Below are positions 13,465 through 28,730 of a DNA stretch of 64,000 nt, one piece after another. Each line of letters opens with the position of its first letter. Position 1 is the stretch's first letter. Origin of the DNA: the human T2T-CHM13v2.0 reference genome, Homo sapiens; NCBI RefSeq assembly GCF_009914755.1, contig NC_060941.1. One strand, given 5' to 3'. The notes beneath the pieces are model-generated. The model had not been told where the DNA came from. It made no database searches and saw nothing but the letters and a program-made list of their open reading frames with translations. Both the position numbers and the translations under genes were made by a program.

Positions 13465-13850
13465 CGTGTGTGCTATGAGGCATGCAGAGGAGAGATGTGT
13501 GGGTGTGGGTATGGGTATGGGACATGGGGTGGCAGGCATACAAAGTGTGTGCATGGGTGTGATGTATGTGTGAATGGTGTGATGGGTGTGTCTCATGGGT
13601 GGCACATGTCTGGGGGTAATTTTTGTGCAGTGCATTGAGTGTGGTTTGCTGTATGTATGATTTGCAGATGATGTGATGTATATTTGTTATGTGGTGTGTG
13701 GTATGTTTCTATAGCATGTGTGGCATATATGTGATACGTGGTATGAATGTGGCCTGGGATATGATGTGTGTGATCACAGTGTGTGAAAGGGTGTGAGGTA
13801 TGGGGTCATTTGTGTGTGGTGTTGGGTATGAGGTGAGTGATCTGTGACAT
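13465..13850. repeat. Degenerate GT/TG-rich low-complexity region
   Basis: Imperfect gtgtgt/gtatg/gtggt units over about 380 bp. Confidence 0.8.
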
Positions 13851-15133
13851 GAGGAAGGAAAGAGATTTAGCCCCTCTCATCTCACTTCTGGCTTCTCTGC
13901 TCAGCCTGGGTCCTGTATGCACCTTCACTCATGCAGTAAGACTCACAGACTAAGACCCAAGGTGTCCCATCCTGAAAGTGACACAGCAGCCATCCCAGGA
14001 AGGGAGAGCTTGGGCTCAGCACTCCCCATCAAGGTAAAACCAGACTTTCTTCATTTTCTCAGCTGCTGAGAGCCCTGTAACCTGGGAGCTCAGCTTCAGG
14101 AATGCCAACAAGGAGAGGACAGAGTCCTATAAATGGTCAAGACCCCACTGCCTATAAGCAGGCAGTGAATGGGGAAAGCCCATATCCTTAAGTCTCTTCC
14201 CAAACCCAGATGGTCAGTTGATAGGCAGAACATTGAAGACAAAACGTTGGATTGAAAATAGAATTCCTATTTATCTTCTCCAGTTCACAATGGGCTCAGC
14301 CCCATGCCTGATGTAACCCTGATAAAATCTGGACTCATGTGGCTCATCGAGAGTTATTATGACCTAGAAGCACAATGCAATGCCATTCCTTACTCTCTAT
14401 CTTAGCACTACTAAAGGAGACTCAGATCCAATGGACTCCAACAGCACTTACTAAAATCCCATTCATTCTACTTCCTTCTTTCCCTGCAGCTGCTTGGGTG
14501 TAACTCTCCTCAACCCCCTGAAAAAGCTCCTCCTTGGCTCCCAGTTTGTGAAATTCTCCTCTGCTCTTCCTACCTCCTCCAGCACTTTAAGATGTAGAAT
14601 AACTTGGCCTTTCTGCCAACAAGAAGGAACCATTTTTTTATAGGGGCTGGGGGTAGGCTGGTGATTTCAGGATCCTCTTTGTAGGAGAGGAATGTCAGGG
14701 AATAGCACCACATTTGAGAATCTTGGATCCTGGTGCACTAAACCATGTGGCCTATATGAGTTGCATGTTCTCCCTGGGACTCTTTCCACAGCTGTTTAAG
14801 GCAACCATTATCCTAGCAACTCACTGCTTCACAGAATTAAAATCTGCTAAAGAGCCATGCTAATACCCAGACAAAGCTTTAGGAGAAAAGAATAGTACAT
14901 TGATGAGTTATCTTTCTTACCTGTCCATTAGCAAGGCAGTACCCATGGCAGTGCAGTGCAGGACAGCAGCCTTGACCAGAACTGATGGAAAGCTGCAGAG
15001 ATGCCACCGGAAACTCAAATTGGAAGTCAGTGCCAGCATTTTAATACCTTTCTATAGTATTGAGTTGGGGTTTGGGGAAGGCTGGGAGGGTTTACAGGTG
15101 ACATTCCTTCATTACCTAGGACAGAGAAGGAGG

Positions 15134-15159
15134 ACACACACACACACACACACACACAC
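15134..15159. repeat. (AC)n microsatellite
   Basis: 13 perfect AC units. Confidence 0.95.
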
Positions 15160-15335
15160 GATGTTCTTGTTTCATCTTTCTACACCCACCCTCAATTTTT
15201 CTGAATCTCATTTTCCTCACTTGTAAAATGAAGGTGACAACTGCATAGAACAATCCTTTAGAACCAGACTTTGGAACCTGTTCTACCTTTTCTTACTAGA
15301 TGTGAGACCTCAGACAAGTAATTCAACCACTCTAG

Positions 15336-15815
15336 GTCAGTTAGTGATTACTGCGAAACAAGCTACTTCAAAACTTAATGGCTTAAAACAATAATCGGTT
15401 ATTATTTCTCATGAGTGTATGAGTAGCCTGGGTGGTTCTGCTGATGTGAGCCAGACTTGGCTGATCTTTGCTGAGGTCACTCATGCATCTACAGTCAGCT
15501 GGCAGATCAGCTGGGGGCTGGCTGGTCTAGGATGGCCTTGGCTGGGATAACTTGGGTCTGTTCCACATGGACTCTCATCCCCAGGATAGCCTGGGCTTGT
15601 TCTCATAATGGTGTTTATTTCCAAGAGAGTGAGTGGAAACACACCTGGGCTTTTTCAAGCCTGTGCCTGCATTAAGTTTTCTGCCATCCAATTGGCCAAA
15701 GAGTCATTCGACTGAACCTGGAGTCAGAATGGAAGAGGCCTATAAAGTTACAGGGCAAATGGCTGGATCACAGGGAGGCAAGTAATAAGTGTTGTCAGTG
15801 TAATCAATCTACCAC
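15336..15815. mobile_element. MLT1-family MaLR LTR inserted in a MIR
   Basis: caaaacttaatggcttaaaacaa...ttatttctcatga...gggggctggctggtctaggatggcct...caatctacca. Confidence 0.8.
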
Positions 15816-15844
15816 TACCTTTAAGCTCAGTTTCCTTATTTTCT

Positions 15845-16740
15845 TTTAATTGAGGCGAAATTCACATAACTTAAAATTAACTTTTCTTTTTTTTTTTTTT
15901 TTTTTTTTTTTTGACACAGAGTCTCAGTCTGTCACCCAGGCTGGAATGTAGTGGTGCCATCTCGGCTTACTGCAACCTCCACCTCCTGGGTTCAAGCAAT
16001 TCTCGTGCCTCACCTACCAAGTAGCTGGGATTACAGGCGCCCACCACCACACCCGGCTAATTTTTGTATTTTTAATAGAGACAGGGTTTCACCATGTTGG
16101 CCAGGCTGGTCTCGAACTCCTGACCTCAGGTGATCCACCACCTCAGCCTCCCAAAGTGCTGGGATTATAGGCATGAACCACCGTTCCTGACCAAATTAAC
16201 CAGTTTAAAGTGCACAATTCAGTGATATTTGGTACATTCACAATGTTAGGCAATACCACCTTTATCCAAGTTACCAACATTTTAGTTACCACAAAACAAA
16301 ACCTCACAGTATTAAGCAGGTACTCCTCATCTCCCCCTCTGTCCTCTCCAGCACCTGACAACCACCAATCTCTTCACTGTCTCTATCAATTTCCCTATTC
16401 TGGATATTTCGTATAAATGAATAGGTGAACGGTGTCTGGCTTCTTTGACTTAACATCATATTTTTGAATTTTATCCATGTTGTAGCACATATGAGCACTT
16501 CATTCCTTTTTATGGCATAATAATATTCCTTTGTATGAACATGGCACAATTTGCTGATTCATTCATTTATTGCTGGATATTTGAGGTGTTTTCATGCTTT
16601 GGTTATTGCAAATGATGCTGTGACAACATGAATGTACAAAATTTGTTTGAGTAACTGTTTTCAATTTCTTTAGGTCCATACCCCCCAAAAGAGTAGAATT
16701 GCTGGGTCATATGACAATTTTATGTACAACATTTTGAGGA
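15845..16740 (-). mobile_element. L1M (L1MB-like) 3' end, interrupted by an Alu
   Basis: aattcacataac...ttcagtgatatttggtacattcacaatgtt...agaattgctgggtcatatg. Confidence 0.85.
15881..16192 (-). mobile_element. Alu (AluS-like)
   Basis: Poly-T lead, complete dimer, aaattaac duplicated at the flanks. Confidence 0.95.
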
Positions 16741-17697
16741 ACTCAGTTTCCCTTATTTTCAAAATGGATTACTTTGTGGAGATGCTGAGAGGCTTAGAGA
16801 GTGCATGTGAAGTGTCTTGCACAGAATACGACTTCAGTAAAGGGTTTATATAACTATTCTTTTGTTCCTTCATTCAATAACCATTTATTGATCCCAGGAT
16901 CAGGAATTATGTGAGATGCTAGATAGATATGTGGATATAGACGATATAAAATATCTATAAAACATATGCCTATATTTTTATAGACATATAAATATATCCC
17001 CAGGGTCCCTTCCAGCTCAGACTTACAATGGTTCCCTCCTTGGTTCTCGCCTGGTGTGTCCTTCACAAACAGAAGACAAAAGGCTCTCTCTCCCTCCCTC
17101 CCTAACTGAGTCCCCGGGAGGTGGCTGGCTTCATTGCTCCCCACCTGAATCAGTTCAGACCACCTATTTCAGATCTGTCGGCTCTTATAAATGTAGCCAC
17201 ACACCCGCAAAGTGAGACAAAATGGCAATGTGATTAGTGTGTGTGTGAGTGTGAATGCTCATGTGTCCCTGTCTCATTGCTTTTGTAAAGATTAATACAT
17301 CAGAGCAAGCACTTACGAAGGGAAGAATAAAAAACAACAACCAGATCCAATTCTCCAGACATTCAATAACCGAATGTCACCCACATGGTAAGCAATAAAA
17401 TAAAAATATATGCTTAGCAGAGGCAATATAAATATGATGTATATTTTGAAGTTGGATAACAGAACAGTGGCATAAAAATAATACCCAATGGCAAATTCAG
17501 GAAAGAGACCTTTTAAAAACACAGAATGTCTTTGGGCTGCCATTCCTAAAATATCGCAGCGTCTCAAGCAGTAAAGGAGGGCTTGGTTTAAATCTGACAG
17601 GAGCACCTCATGTAATGAGGGCATGGAAATTCTTGCCAGCATCCCAGTGTCAAGGCAACATCTACTTCTCCTCCACCCCCCACTACTCCACTCCTGA

Positions 17698-18225
<528 letters not shown>

Positions 18226-18303
18226 CCTACCTGCCCCTCCACCCCAGAAAGAAAAAATGTCTTCCTTGTCTTAGAAACTGTCATTTTGCACTCACACGTG
18301 CAT

Positions 18304-18340
18304 ACACACACAAACACACACACACACACACACACACACA
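18304..18340. repeat. (CA)n microsatellite, one interruption
   Basis: acacacacaaacacacacaca... Confidence 0.9.
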
Positions 18341-20499
18341 AATCATTAAAAAGATTTCTGCACAAAACCAACTCCTCCCTCTGTGGCCCAGCACAAATCT
18401 TGATTCCCAGCTACTATTTGTTTAGGGAATACAAAGCAATTTTTTGTACCAACCAAACAAAATGTAATTAGAAAGTAAATCTGGAAGTGTATTGTAAACA
18501 TCAAAATATATCAACGGTAGATGCTATGCACTTCTTAAAACACACACCTTTTGCAAGTCTTAGTTCCTGAGATTCTGACCAGAAAACGGCAGTCCGAAAA
18601 TGTGTGTACTTTGCCTAAGGCCTTGAAATGAGAACTCCAGGACTGAAATGCACATTGCTGCTGCAGAGGAAAGAACCACCTGTTATGTGTTTCTAAGCAA
18701 ATCACTTGACCTCTCTGAGTTTTCATTTCCCCATGATAGAAAGAGTAGAAGGAGAAGATCTCTAAGTTGCTTTCTAGCCCTGAAATGCTCTAATTTTATC
18801 TCTAGAAAAAAAGACAAATGTTGCTCAGGGAAAGCCCTGTGTTGCTCACAGAGGGGTCAGTAAAATATCTCTGATGGAACCCTAACCTCTAATACATTCC
18901 TGTGGGGAAAAAGTCTATTTTAGAAACAAGAAGACAGGGCACTGGTCCTGTATCAGCCACTAATCACTATGTAACCTTGAGCGTCTCCTCTGCTAAATGA
19001 GAAATTTGGACTTGATGAATATGAGAAATAAATGTCACCTCAAGTGCCACTCTGTGACCAGTATAGATAGTGGCTACCTGGGAGCGAGATGTTGAGAAAA
19101 AAAATATGAATCTGCCTCCAACTCAAGCAGGAAGAGTGTTGGGATCGATGACTGATGCCTGCCACCTGTGGAGGGCTCCAGGCAGTGCATGTGGCCTTTG
19201 CCATCCCTGGGGTAGATCCTCTCTAAGGTGTCTTTTTACTTGAACTAATCCTTTGCGAGTAGCACACGGAAAACCAGGGGATTCAGAGTCACCGATGGAC
19301 TGGAAGAAGAACTTGGCTTGTTCAACTGTTTTTATATTATCCATGGCTTGGGTTTGAATAATCTGTCCCCTGATACCACTGTATTTTAGAAATTGCTACC
19401 TAAGGCAAATTCTCCACTTTTAAACTCATTTCCTGAGTCGGTCTTTTTAAGGCCCACATTAAATATTGATCTGCCCTGGAGAGATCTAATTTATTTAGTA
19501 GAGACATGTTTGACTCCGCCAGAACTGTCAAACTCAAAAATGGGGCCATACCCCTCCCAAAGCAATAACCATTGACGATAGTGACAGACAAGCCAAGGGC
19601 ACCAGAACCAGCGGCGTTCCACTGTCAGAGTCTCAGGGACAGGGCCTGCCTTCTGCTTTCACACAGGTAGCCCTCTTGCCCAAGACTATTGGAAGCTCTC
19701 TGAAAACCTTTCCCAAGAGGCTGGTTTTCTGAAAGTCAAGGTGTCCACTCTGTGCTGGCCAGGCTCGCCATCTGCCGCCCCAAGGCCTGTTGGCCCATGG
19801 TGGGGAACCCCAGAAACCTCTTCTGCTTGCTCCCAGCGAGCTCTGTTTCTGGGGCTATCGTGACCAAGCTCCAACCTTCAGACTCTGCAACCCCTCCCTC
19901 AAGTCCTGATTCTGGCCCAGGAACAGGGACCCTGGTTCTAAACCTCAGCCCCAGTGAGCTTTGGCTTGATTGACAACGCGCTGGCTGTCTCCTGTTTGCA
20001 CTTAATAGACTCCAAAGAGAAAGAGAGAGAGAGAGAGGAGAGAAGGAGATTTTATCTGCTCCAGCCTGGGGAGAAGGACTCTCATGCCCCACACAGCCAG
20101 CTCAGCACACAGAGTGGATTGGAAGATTTGAGGTTCTGATCCAGCTTTGCCTTTGGATCTGGCCTCCTTCACCTCTTGCACACAGAATCACCTGCTTCCA
20201 TCACCCTACACTCTGGGTTGATCCAGCTTAATTTCACTCCATGATCTAGGCTTCCAAGCACAAATGCCGAAATTCCCTTCTGGGTCTCTGGCAACATCTG
20301 TTTGAGGTCTAGCAAACAAGAATCCCCAAGGCCAGGAACAAAGCCTATCTTCTTGGGTTAGGGAACTGAATTATAATTACAAGTCTTAGCAAATTATCCT
20401 ACCCTACCTGCATTCCCTCTGTTAATTCACCTAAGTATCCTGTGAGGCCCGTAGTGTCTTTATCCCCATGAGGGATATGGGGAAATTGAGGCTCCAAGT

Positions 20500-20680
20500 T
20501 TGTAGCCGCTGACCACATATGGCCAACTAAAATGAAATAAAACTTAAAATTTAGTTTCTAAATCCCACTAGCTACATTTCAAATGCTCAATAGCCACATA
20601 TGCCTGGTGGCGACTAAATTGACAGTGCAGAATTACAGAACATTTTCGTCATTGCAGAAAGTCCTATCACACAACACTGT
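20500..20680. mobile_element. MER3-like hAT-Charlie MITE within a MIR
   Basis: cactagctacatttcaaatgctcaatagccacat...agaacattttcgtcattgcagaaagt; MIR core ggggaaattgaggctc lies just upstream. Confidence 0.75.
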
Positions 20681-21409
20681 GAGGGGTAGAGTAACATCCC
20701 TGTGCCATGCAGAAACCGAGTAGCAGAGTTGGTACTTCAGCTAGGCCAGTTTGTCTATCCACTACCCTTTTCTGCTATTGAAAGGAATCCGAAAGGAAAG
20801 GGTTGAGATGGGCAAGAGGTCAACAAAGAAATCTCACTCTTAGAGTGAAGGTTTTTGAGGGACACATCTGAAAAGTTTAAGACCTTTTGACCACCTCCTG
20901 GTCACGTGACAGCTGTCACCAGCACCAGGGGCTACCTGGCTACCTGGTCATGATGCTGCTGTTTGCTCCATCAGACATCTCTTCCAGCCCTGGAGGGGCT
21001 TGGGGTTTGATCTCCCTGTGGCAGTCAGTTCTATCCCTTATCTCCCTGATGAAGGGGAGTCAAGCACACATTTGGGCACAAAAGAATGTCTTGCACACCC
21101 TGCCAAGCTCCTGAGACCTCTTGGAGATAGTGAAGGTCAATCAAGTTCTAGATCTCCAGTTCTGATCCATTTATCATTTATGACATGCCTTCTATGGCCC
21201 AGTCTCTAATTCAGGCACCTTTTACATCTATAACCTAGATAGTTTCTGGAGCCCATGTGGCTTCAGAATGTCCATAAACTAAAAATAATTTAAAATAATC
21301 GCAGTCTATATTTGTATCACTCAATATTAAATGGGATTTGAATGATAAATCATAACATCATTTATTTTTCTCACTGTATATTTGAATTTACACTTTATTT
21401 TATAAACAG

Positions 21410-21710
21410 TTTTGTTTTTGTTTCTTGAAACAGAATCTTGCTCTGTCGCCCAGGCTGGAGTGAAGTGGTGCCATCTCGGCTCACTGCAACCTCCACCTCC
21501 ACGGTTCAAGTGATTCTTGGGCCTCAGCCTCCCAAGCAGTTGGGATTACAGGTGTGCACCACCATGCTCAACTAATTTTTTTCTATTTTTAGTAGGGATG
21601 GGGTTTCGCCATGTTGCTCAGGCTGGTCTCAAACTCCCGGCCTCAGGTGATCCACCTGCCTCGGCCTCCCAAAGTGCTGGGATTACAGGTGTGAACTACC
21701 ACACCTGGCC
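21410..21710 (-). mobile_element. Alu (AluS-like)
   Basis: Complete dimer in reverse orientation. Confidence 0.95.
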
Positions 21711-22485
21711 AATATGTTGTTCTTTTTATTGCCAAATAACATTCCATTGTATGAACATACCACATTTTGTCTATTCATCAGTTGATGGATATTTGAGTTG
21801 TTTTCACTTTTAGGCTATTATGAATGATGCTACCATGAACACTCACATACCAATTTTTATGTGGAGATGTGTTATTATTTGCATTGGGTATATACCTACG
21901 AGTGGAATTGCTGGGTCATAGGGTAACTCTGTGTTTATCATGTTGAGAAACTGCCCAACTGTTTTCCAAGATGTCTGCACCATTTTACATTCCCATCAGC
22001 AATGGGTTCCCATTTCTCTGTATCATCACCAACACTTGTTATTGTCTAGTCTTTTGATAGTAGCCATATTAGTAGGAGTAAAATGGTATTGCATTGTGGT
22101 TTTGACTTACATTTCACTAGTGTCTAAGGATACTGAGTATCTTTTTGCGTGCTTGTTGATCATTTGTCTATTTTCTTGGGAGAAATGTCTATTCAGATCC
22201 TTTGCTAGCTTTTCAGTTGAGTTATCTTTTTATTAAGTTGTAAAAAAGTTCTTTCTCTTTTTTTAGGATACAAGTCTCTTGCCAGATAAATGATTTGTAA
22301 ATATCTTCTTCCGTTCTGTGGGTTGCCTTTTTCACTTTCTTAATGGTACCATTTGCAGAACAAAAGTTTTTAATCTTGATGAAGTCCCATTTATCTATTT
22401 TTTCTTTAGTTGCTTGTTCCTTTTGTGTCATATCTAAGATTTGCTCCCATGCTTTCTTCTAAGATTTTATAATTCTAGCTCCTAT
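21711..22485 (-). mobile_element. L1M fragment (ORF2 C-terminus and 3' UTR)
   Basis: Minus ORF 22222-22431 translates as QATKEKIDKWDFIKIKNFCSANGTIKKVK, typical L1 ORF2; also gtggaattgctgggtcatagggta. Confidence 0.92.
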
Positions 22486-24039
22486 ACACATCACTTCTTA
22501 ATGCCTTCCTTCCCCTAAGCCATTGGCCTCCCCTCATCTCTTCTATACTTCTGCTGTCCAACCTCATTCTCAGGACTCATTCTCAACTACGCACTGAAAA
22601 GACTTCTCTCTGAAAATCTAAGCCTGCCAGGTTTTCTTTCTTACGTTTCTCCATCTCCTTGTTTCCTTCTAGTTGTGTCTATTTTTTCTTTCCCATGAAT
22701 AAATCTCAGCCCTTTCTGAAACAAGACCCTTAGCTTCCCCTCTTTAGTTCTGCATCAAAAAAGTCTAAAACTTGGGCTGGCTCTCTTAGATGACTAGGAA
22801 TAGAAGATTGCAATCTCTTATAATTTAATATATTTCCTTTCAGCACTGTTGTACATGCCTTATCTCAATTACCTCTTAAACAAGCCTAGGAAGTTGGCCC
22901 CACAAATCCCAATTTGCAAGTGGGAAAACAGAGGCCTTGGTGTGACAGAGATGTTTGTTAGTTAAAGGATCACATCTTAAATAGAAACCTAAGAAGCTGC
23001 AGAGTTAGAATCTGTACTTGGAATTTCTGACCACAGGCTCAGTGCTCTGCCACAAAATGCTGCCTTTGCCCAGAGATTTCCACTCAGCTGCTCTCAAAGG
23101 TCATATTGATAAACACCACTCACACAAACAGGCACAGATGATGCCACCACCTCCTGTTCTATTCAACATATGTTCCCTGAGCAGCTACTCCTTGCTGGGC
23201 ATTCATTGTGAGCCACATTCACTTCTGAAGCAGCCAAAAAGAGGAGAATAGGAGAGGAGATGGACAAACCCTTGTGTACCTCTTTGCCTTCTCACCTCTA
23301 CTCTGGAAGACTTGCCACATCTGCTGCATGAGCCACACCCAATACATCTGGACCCTGGGAAAGTCACTCTAGACTGACACCTGGTGTCAAAAAAAAACAT
23401 GCCCAAGGCTCACTGCTCTTAGCACTGGGCGGATTACTAAATGGATTGGGTCAGATCAAGAGGCAAAGCTCTGCATGTGGAATGAAGCCAATGCCCAAAT
23501 CCAAACCCTTGCTTCCCAGCCACACTGCACAACTCTGCCTAGCCATGCTCCTCCCTGAGCGCTCTCTTCTTCCCAGCACTAAGTATCAATTAAATAGACA
23601 AGGCTGAAGTTGTGCCAACTGGGTGAGTTCCCTCCCCTAGCCACACACGTTTGCTTTCCTGCATCTCAGCTACCTTGCTGCTCACCCCAGCATCCCAGCT
23701 TGCAGTAGACACAGGACTTGGGGTCCCAGGGAGGACTCCCTTGTCTGCAAGTGGTTTTCATAAGATGGAGCCATATGTCTAGGATCTCAGCAGCCCTCTG
23801 ATTGCTGTGGATGCTGAGGGGGAGCAAGCAGAGCCTTGCAGCTTATAGAAAACCTTTGAGAACCAACGGCTATTAGCATGGAGAAAACCATCTGTTATTT
23901 TTGTCTTCTATTTGTCTTAGAATTTCAGGGAAAGTGAGCAGTTGGGCTGCTTAACTTTATTGTTCACAGTTGGGAGCAGAAGAGTTGAAATGAGGAACTC
24001 CAGCTTCCAAAGCTACAAACCAGATTGTCTCCTCTTGGC

Positions 24040-24358
24040 TTTATTTTATTTTATTTTATTTTATTATTTTATTTTTTGAGACAAGGTCTTCCTCTGTTGG
24101 CCAGGCTGGAGTGCAGTGGCATGATCACAGCTTGCTCTAGCTTTGAACTCCTGGACTCAAGTGATCCTCCTGCCTCAGCCTCCCAAGTAGCTAGGACTAC
24201 AGACATGCACCGCCACACTCAGCTAATTTTTTTATTTTTGTAGAGTGAGGGTCTCACTATGTTGCCCACGTTGGCCTCGAACTCCTGGCCTCCAGCAATC
24301 TTCTCGCCTTGGCCTTCCAAAACACTGGGATTACAGGCATAAGACACCACACCCAGCC
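24040..24358 (-). mobile_element. AluJ-like
   Basis: (TTTTA)n tail; gatcacagct..., ctcactatgttgccc. Confidence 0.92.
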
Positions 24359-24741
24359 TCTCCTTGGCTCTTTAATCCACCATAGGTTTCCTCTGTCCTC
24401 CAGGACTAAGGTTGCAGCTGTGAGTTGTGGCCTAATGAGGAATCCCTGGGGTCCCCAGAAGGATCTCAAAGGTTGCTCGGAAAAGGCCTCGCTCTCAAAT
24501 TTTCTTGCCAGATTGAGGTGGAAGGCAAGGATCTGAGAGTGGGGAGGAGAAATGGACACAAAGACAAGCTCTTCCAGCTGCAGAATGAACAGACCAGCCT
24601 CCTCTGGCTAAAAATGACAGCAGAGATGCACTGACCTGGCATGTATGGCCTCTACCATCCTTGTTTCCTGCCTTGAGTTCCTGTGATTTGCCCCACCCAC
24701 AGCCTCACCTGGATCACCCCACGGTGTGTATTATTTCTAGT

Positions 24742-24854
24742 GCAGGTGACCAACCATCCTTGCTTTCCCAGGACTGAGAGAGATCTTGGCCTGAGGGACT
24801 TTCAGTTTTAACACTAGAACAATCCCAATTAAACTGAACAAGTTGGTTACCCTG
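24742..24854. mobile_element. MER81/MER94-like hAT-Blackjack MITE
   Basis: TIRs ggtgaccaac ... gttggttacc; internal gggactttcagttttaacac. Confidence 0.7.
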
Positions 24855-25404
24855 GACGGTGTTAACTGATTGCATCTCTAAGAGTGGCTGCCTGTTTTAA
24901 TGACCAAGGGGTCGCAAAGTCTCCCTGGCACCCTTTGGGTCATCTCGAGCCTCTGACTTCAAGGGTGAAGGCTGGGTATCGGGCAGATGAAGGTGAAGCA
25001 ACTGAAGGCAGTGGGTCTGTACCCACAGCACTGAGGTGTAGCTGCACCTAGACCCAGCCCATCTCCCCAATTCTCAGACCTAACTCCATGCTCCCTGCAG
25101 CCATGCGACAGCCACCCACACTGCATGACACTGCCCAGTCAGTGCCATCTCCCAGAGCTGTCTTCTTCCGGCCCTCAGTATCCATGATATAGAAAAAATA
25201 AGACTGAGGATGTGGCAGCTGGGGTTGATTACTACCAGCCTCACTAATGAAACCTTGATTTTCTTTAGATATTGGGTAACTGAAGTGTCCAGGCCCAGGA
25301 GCAGAGTTGTGGCAATTGCTTTCCTCTTTTCATAATTGGTTTAGGGCGGGCAAGCAACCCAGGTATGGCCAAAGAAATGTCAATGTCAATGGAAATCTGA
25401 TGGG

Positions 25405-25881
<477 letters not shown>

Positions 25882-26021
25882 GTACTTACCTTCAAAGGGC
25901 CAACCATGGTGCCTGGACTATATCATATTCTTAATAACACTAAGCTCTTATATTAGTAATAATATTGTTAGTATTACCATTATTATTACTTAAGCTAAAT
26001 CTTCCAAAGAAACTGCCTAAA

Positions 26022-26308
26022 GGCCAGGCACAGTGGCTCATGCCTGTAATCCTAGCACTCTGGGAGGCCAAGGCGGGAGGATCACTTGAGGTCAAGTTTG
26101 AGACCAGCCTGGCCAACATAGTGAAACCCCATCTCTACTAAAAATACAAAAATTAGCCAGTTGTGGTGGTACGCACCTGTAATCCCAGCTACTCGGGAGG
26201 CTGATGCAGGAGAATCACTTGAAAGCCGGGTTGCAGTGAACTGAGATTGCACCACTGCACTCCAGCCTGGGCAACAGAGTAAGACTCTCTTCAAAAGAAC
26301 AAAAAAAG
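26022..26308 (+). mobile_element. Alu with small internal deletions
   Basis: Dimer with A-rich tail. Confidence 0.93.
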
Positions 26309-26310
26309 CA

Positions 26311-26628
<318 letters not shown>

Positions 26629-28069
26629 ACTGTCTAAAGTTAAAGTAGGGTTGCAGCCCTTCGTGGTAGATGGCTATTGGATGGGTATTACAATTAACCA
26701 TGGGTCACGGGGTCCTTTTGGGAAGCGCAGCTTGGGAGTTCCAGATGTTTAAATCTTATTTGGAGAGATTCTATGACAGAAGGAAGAGGGAGAATGAGAC
26801 TGCCACAGAAGATCAGAGGATATGGAATCTGCTGTAAGCCCAGAACTGGAAAGACAGACTTGACTTTCTGTTGAGGCACTGGCTCTGGTCTCCAGGCACG
26901 TCTCTTCTGCTGTTTAGAGGAGAATCCCTGCTGCATGGCAGCATTTGGGTAGCCAGAGAGAAGATATATGAATTGATGAAGTAGAAGACTAATTGGAAAT
27001 AAAAGGTATAGTGTCAGCTAATGAACTCCCAAGTCACCCATGTGACAACCTCAGCCTTCCAGAAGAACACGTCCATGAACAGCCTGAAGTGGTTCCAAAA
27101 CTGGGGAGCAGAGAAGGATGCAGCAGGATGCAAATGAGCACAGCTGACCTGGACTTAAACCATGGCCCTGCCACTTACTAGTGTGCAGACCTTGGGTACT
27201 GGACTTGCCTTCCTGCGGCCAGTCTCCCAGTGTGAACCATGGAAAATCAACACTCACCTCCAAGGTGCCTATGGAAGTAAGTGGGATGGTATGTGTGTGT
27301 TGCCTGATAAATGGCCAGGCACTGTGACAATAATTCCTGCTCCATGGATCGAACACAGAAATCAGTTTCCCCACTTCCTAGTGCCATCTCAGAGGTGTTG
27401 CATTATCGGTTGCTAAAGCTCAGCGAGTTCCACCCACACAGTCCCAATAAGCTCTGTCATTCCGATTGGCCAGTCTGCAGTCTAAATGGAAAGGAAGTAG
27501 AGGTAGAAAGAGGCAGCAAAGAAAAGTGAGATGTGACAGTCTAAGAGTAGAGGCAGACAGAAAGACCATACAGACAAGGGTTAGAATACTAAAAACAGAG
27601 CAATCTGGGGTAGTGTTAGTGCACGGGCAAGCAGTCCGACCCCTCTGGGGAGATCATGTGTTACGTGATGTGGTATCAGTTGACCAGGTGTTAAGTCTCA
27701 AATCATGAAAGCCTCAAATCATTCAAAAAAAAAAAGGTGAATGTTCAACACAATCAGTTTAAGAATATACTATACAAATAAAGAGGTATACATTGAGCAA
27801 TAGTACCATTACAAACAGGAAAACAGTTCAAGTGAAAGTTACAGGGGCCTGACTCAGTACTGGGGTGCCTCCTTCCTTTAGAATGCTGGATAAATGGAAT
27901 TTCACCAAAAAAAATATTGAAGTCTTTTTGCCTCTCAGCAAGGTGTTATTTAGGCAGAAGGAAAGCAATGGAAATGAGGAAGGGAAAGCAAGGGGGTAGG
28001 GACTTGGGGTTTCTCCTTCCGTTAAAAAAAATCTTCAACTTGGTGCTTGGCTAGTGCCACCCACGAGGT

Positions 28070-28730
<661 letters not shown>

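Noticed and set aside
21931-22431. ORFs with L1 ORF2-like peptide
   Set aside because: Fragments of a dead L1, not a gene
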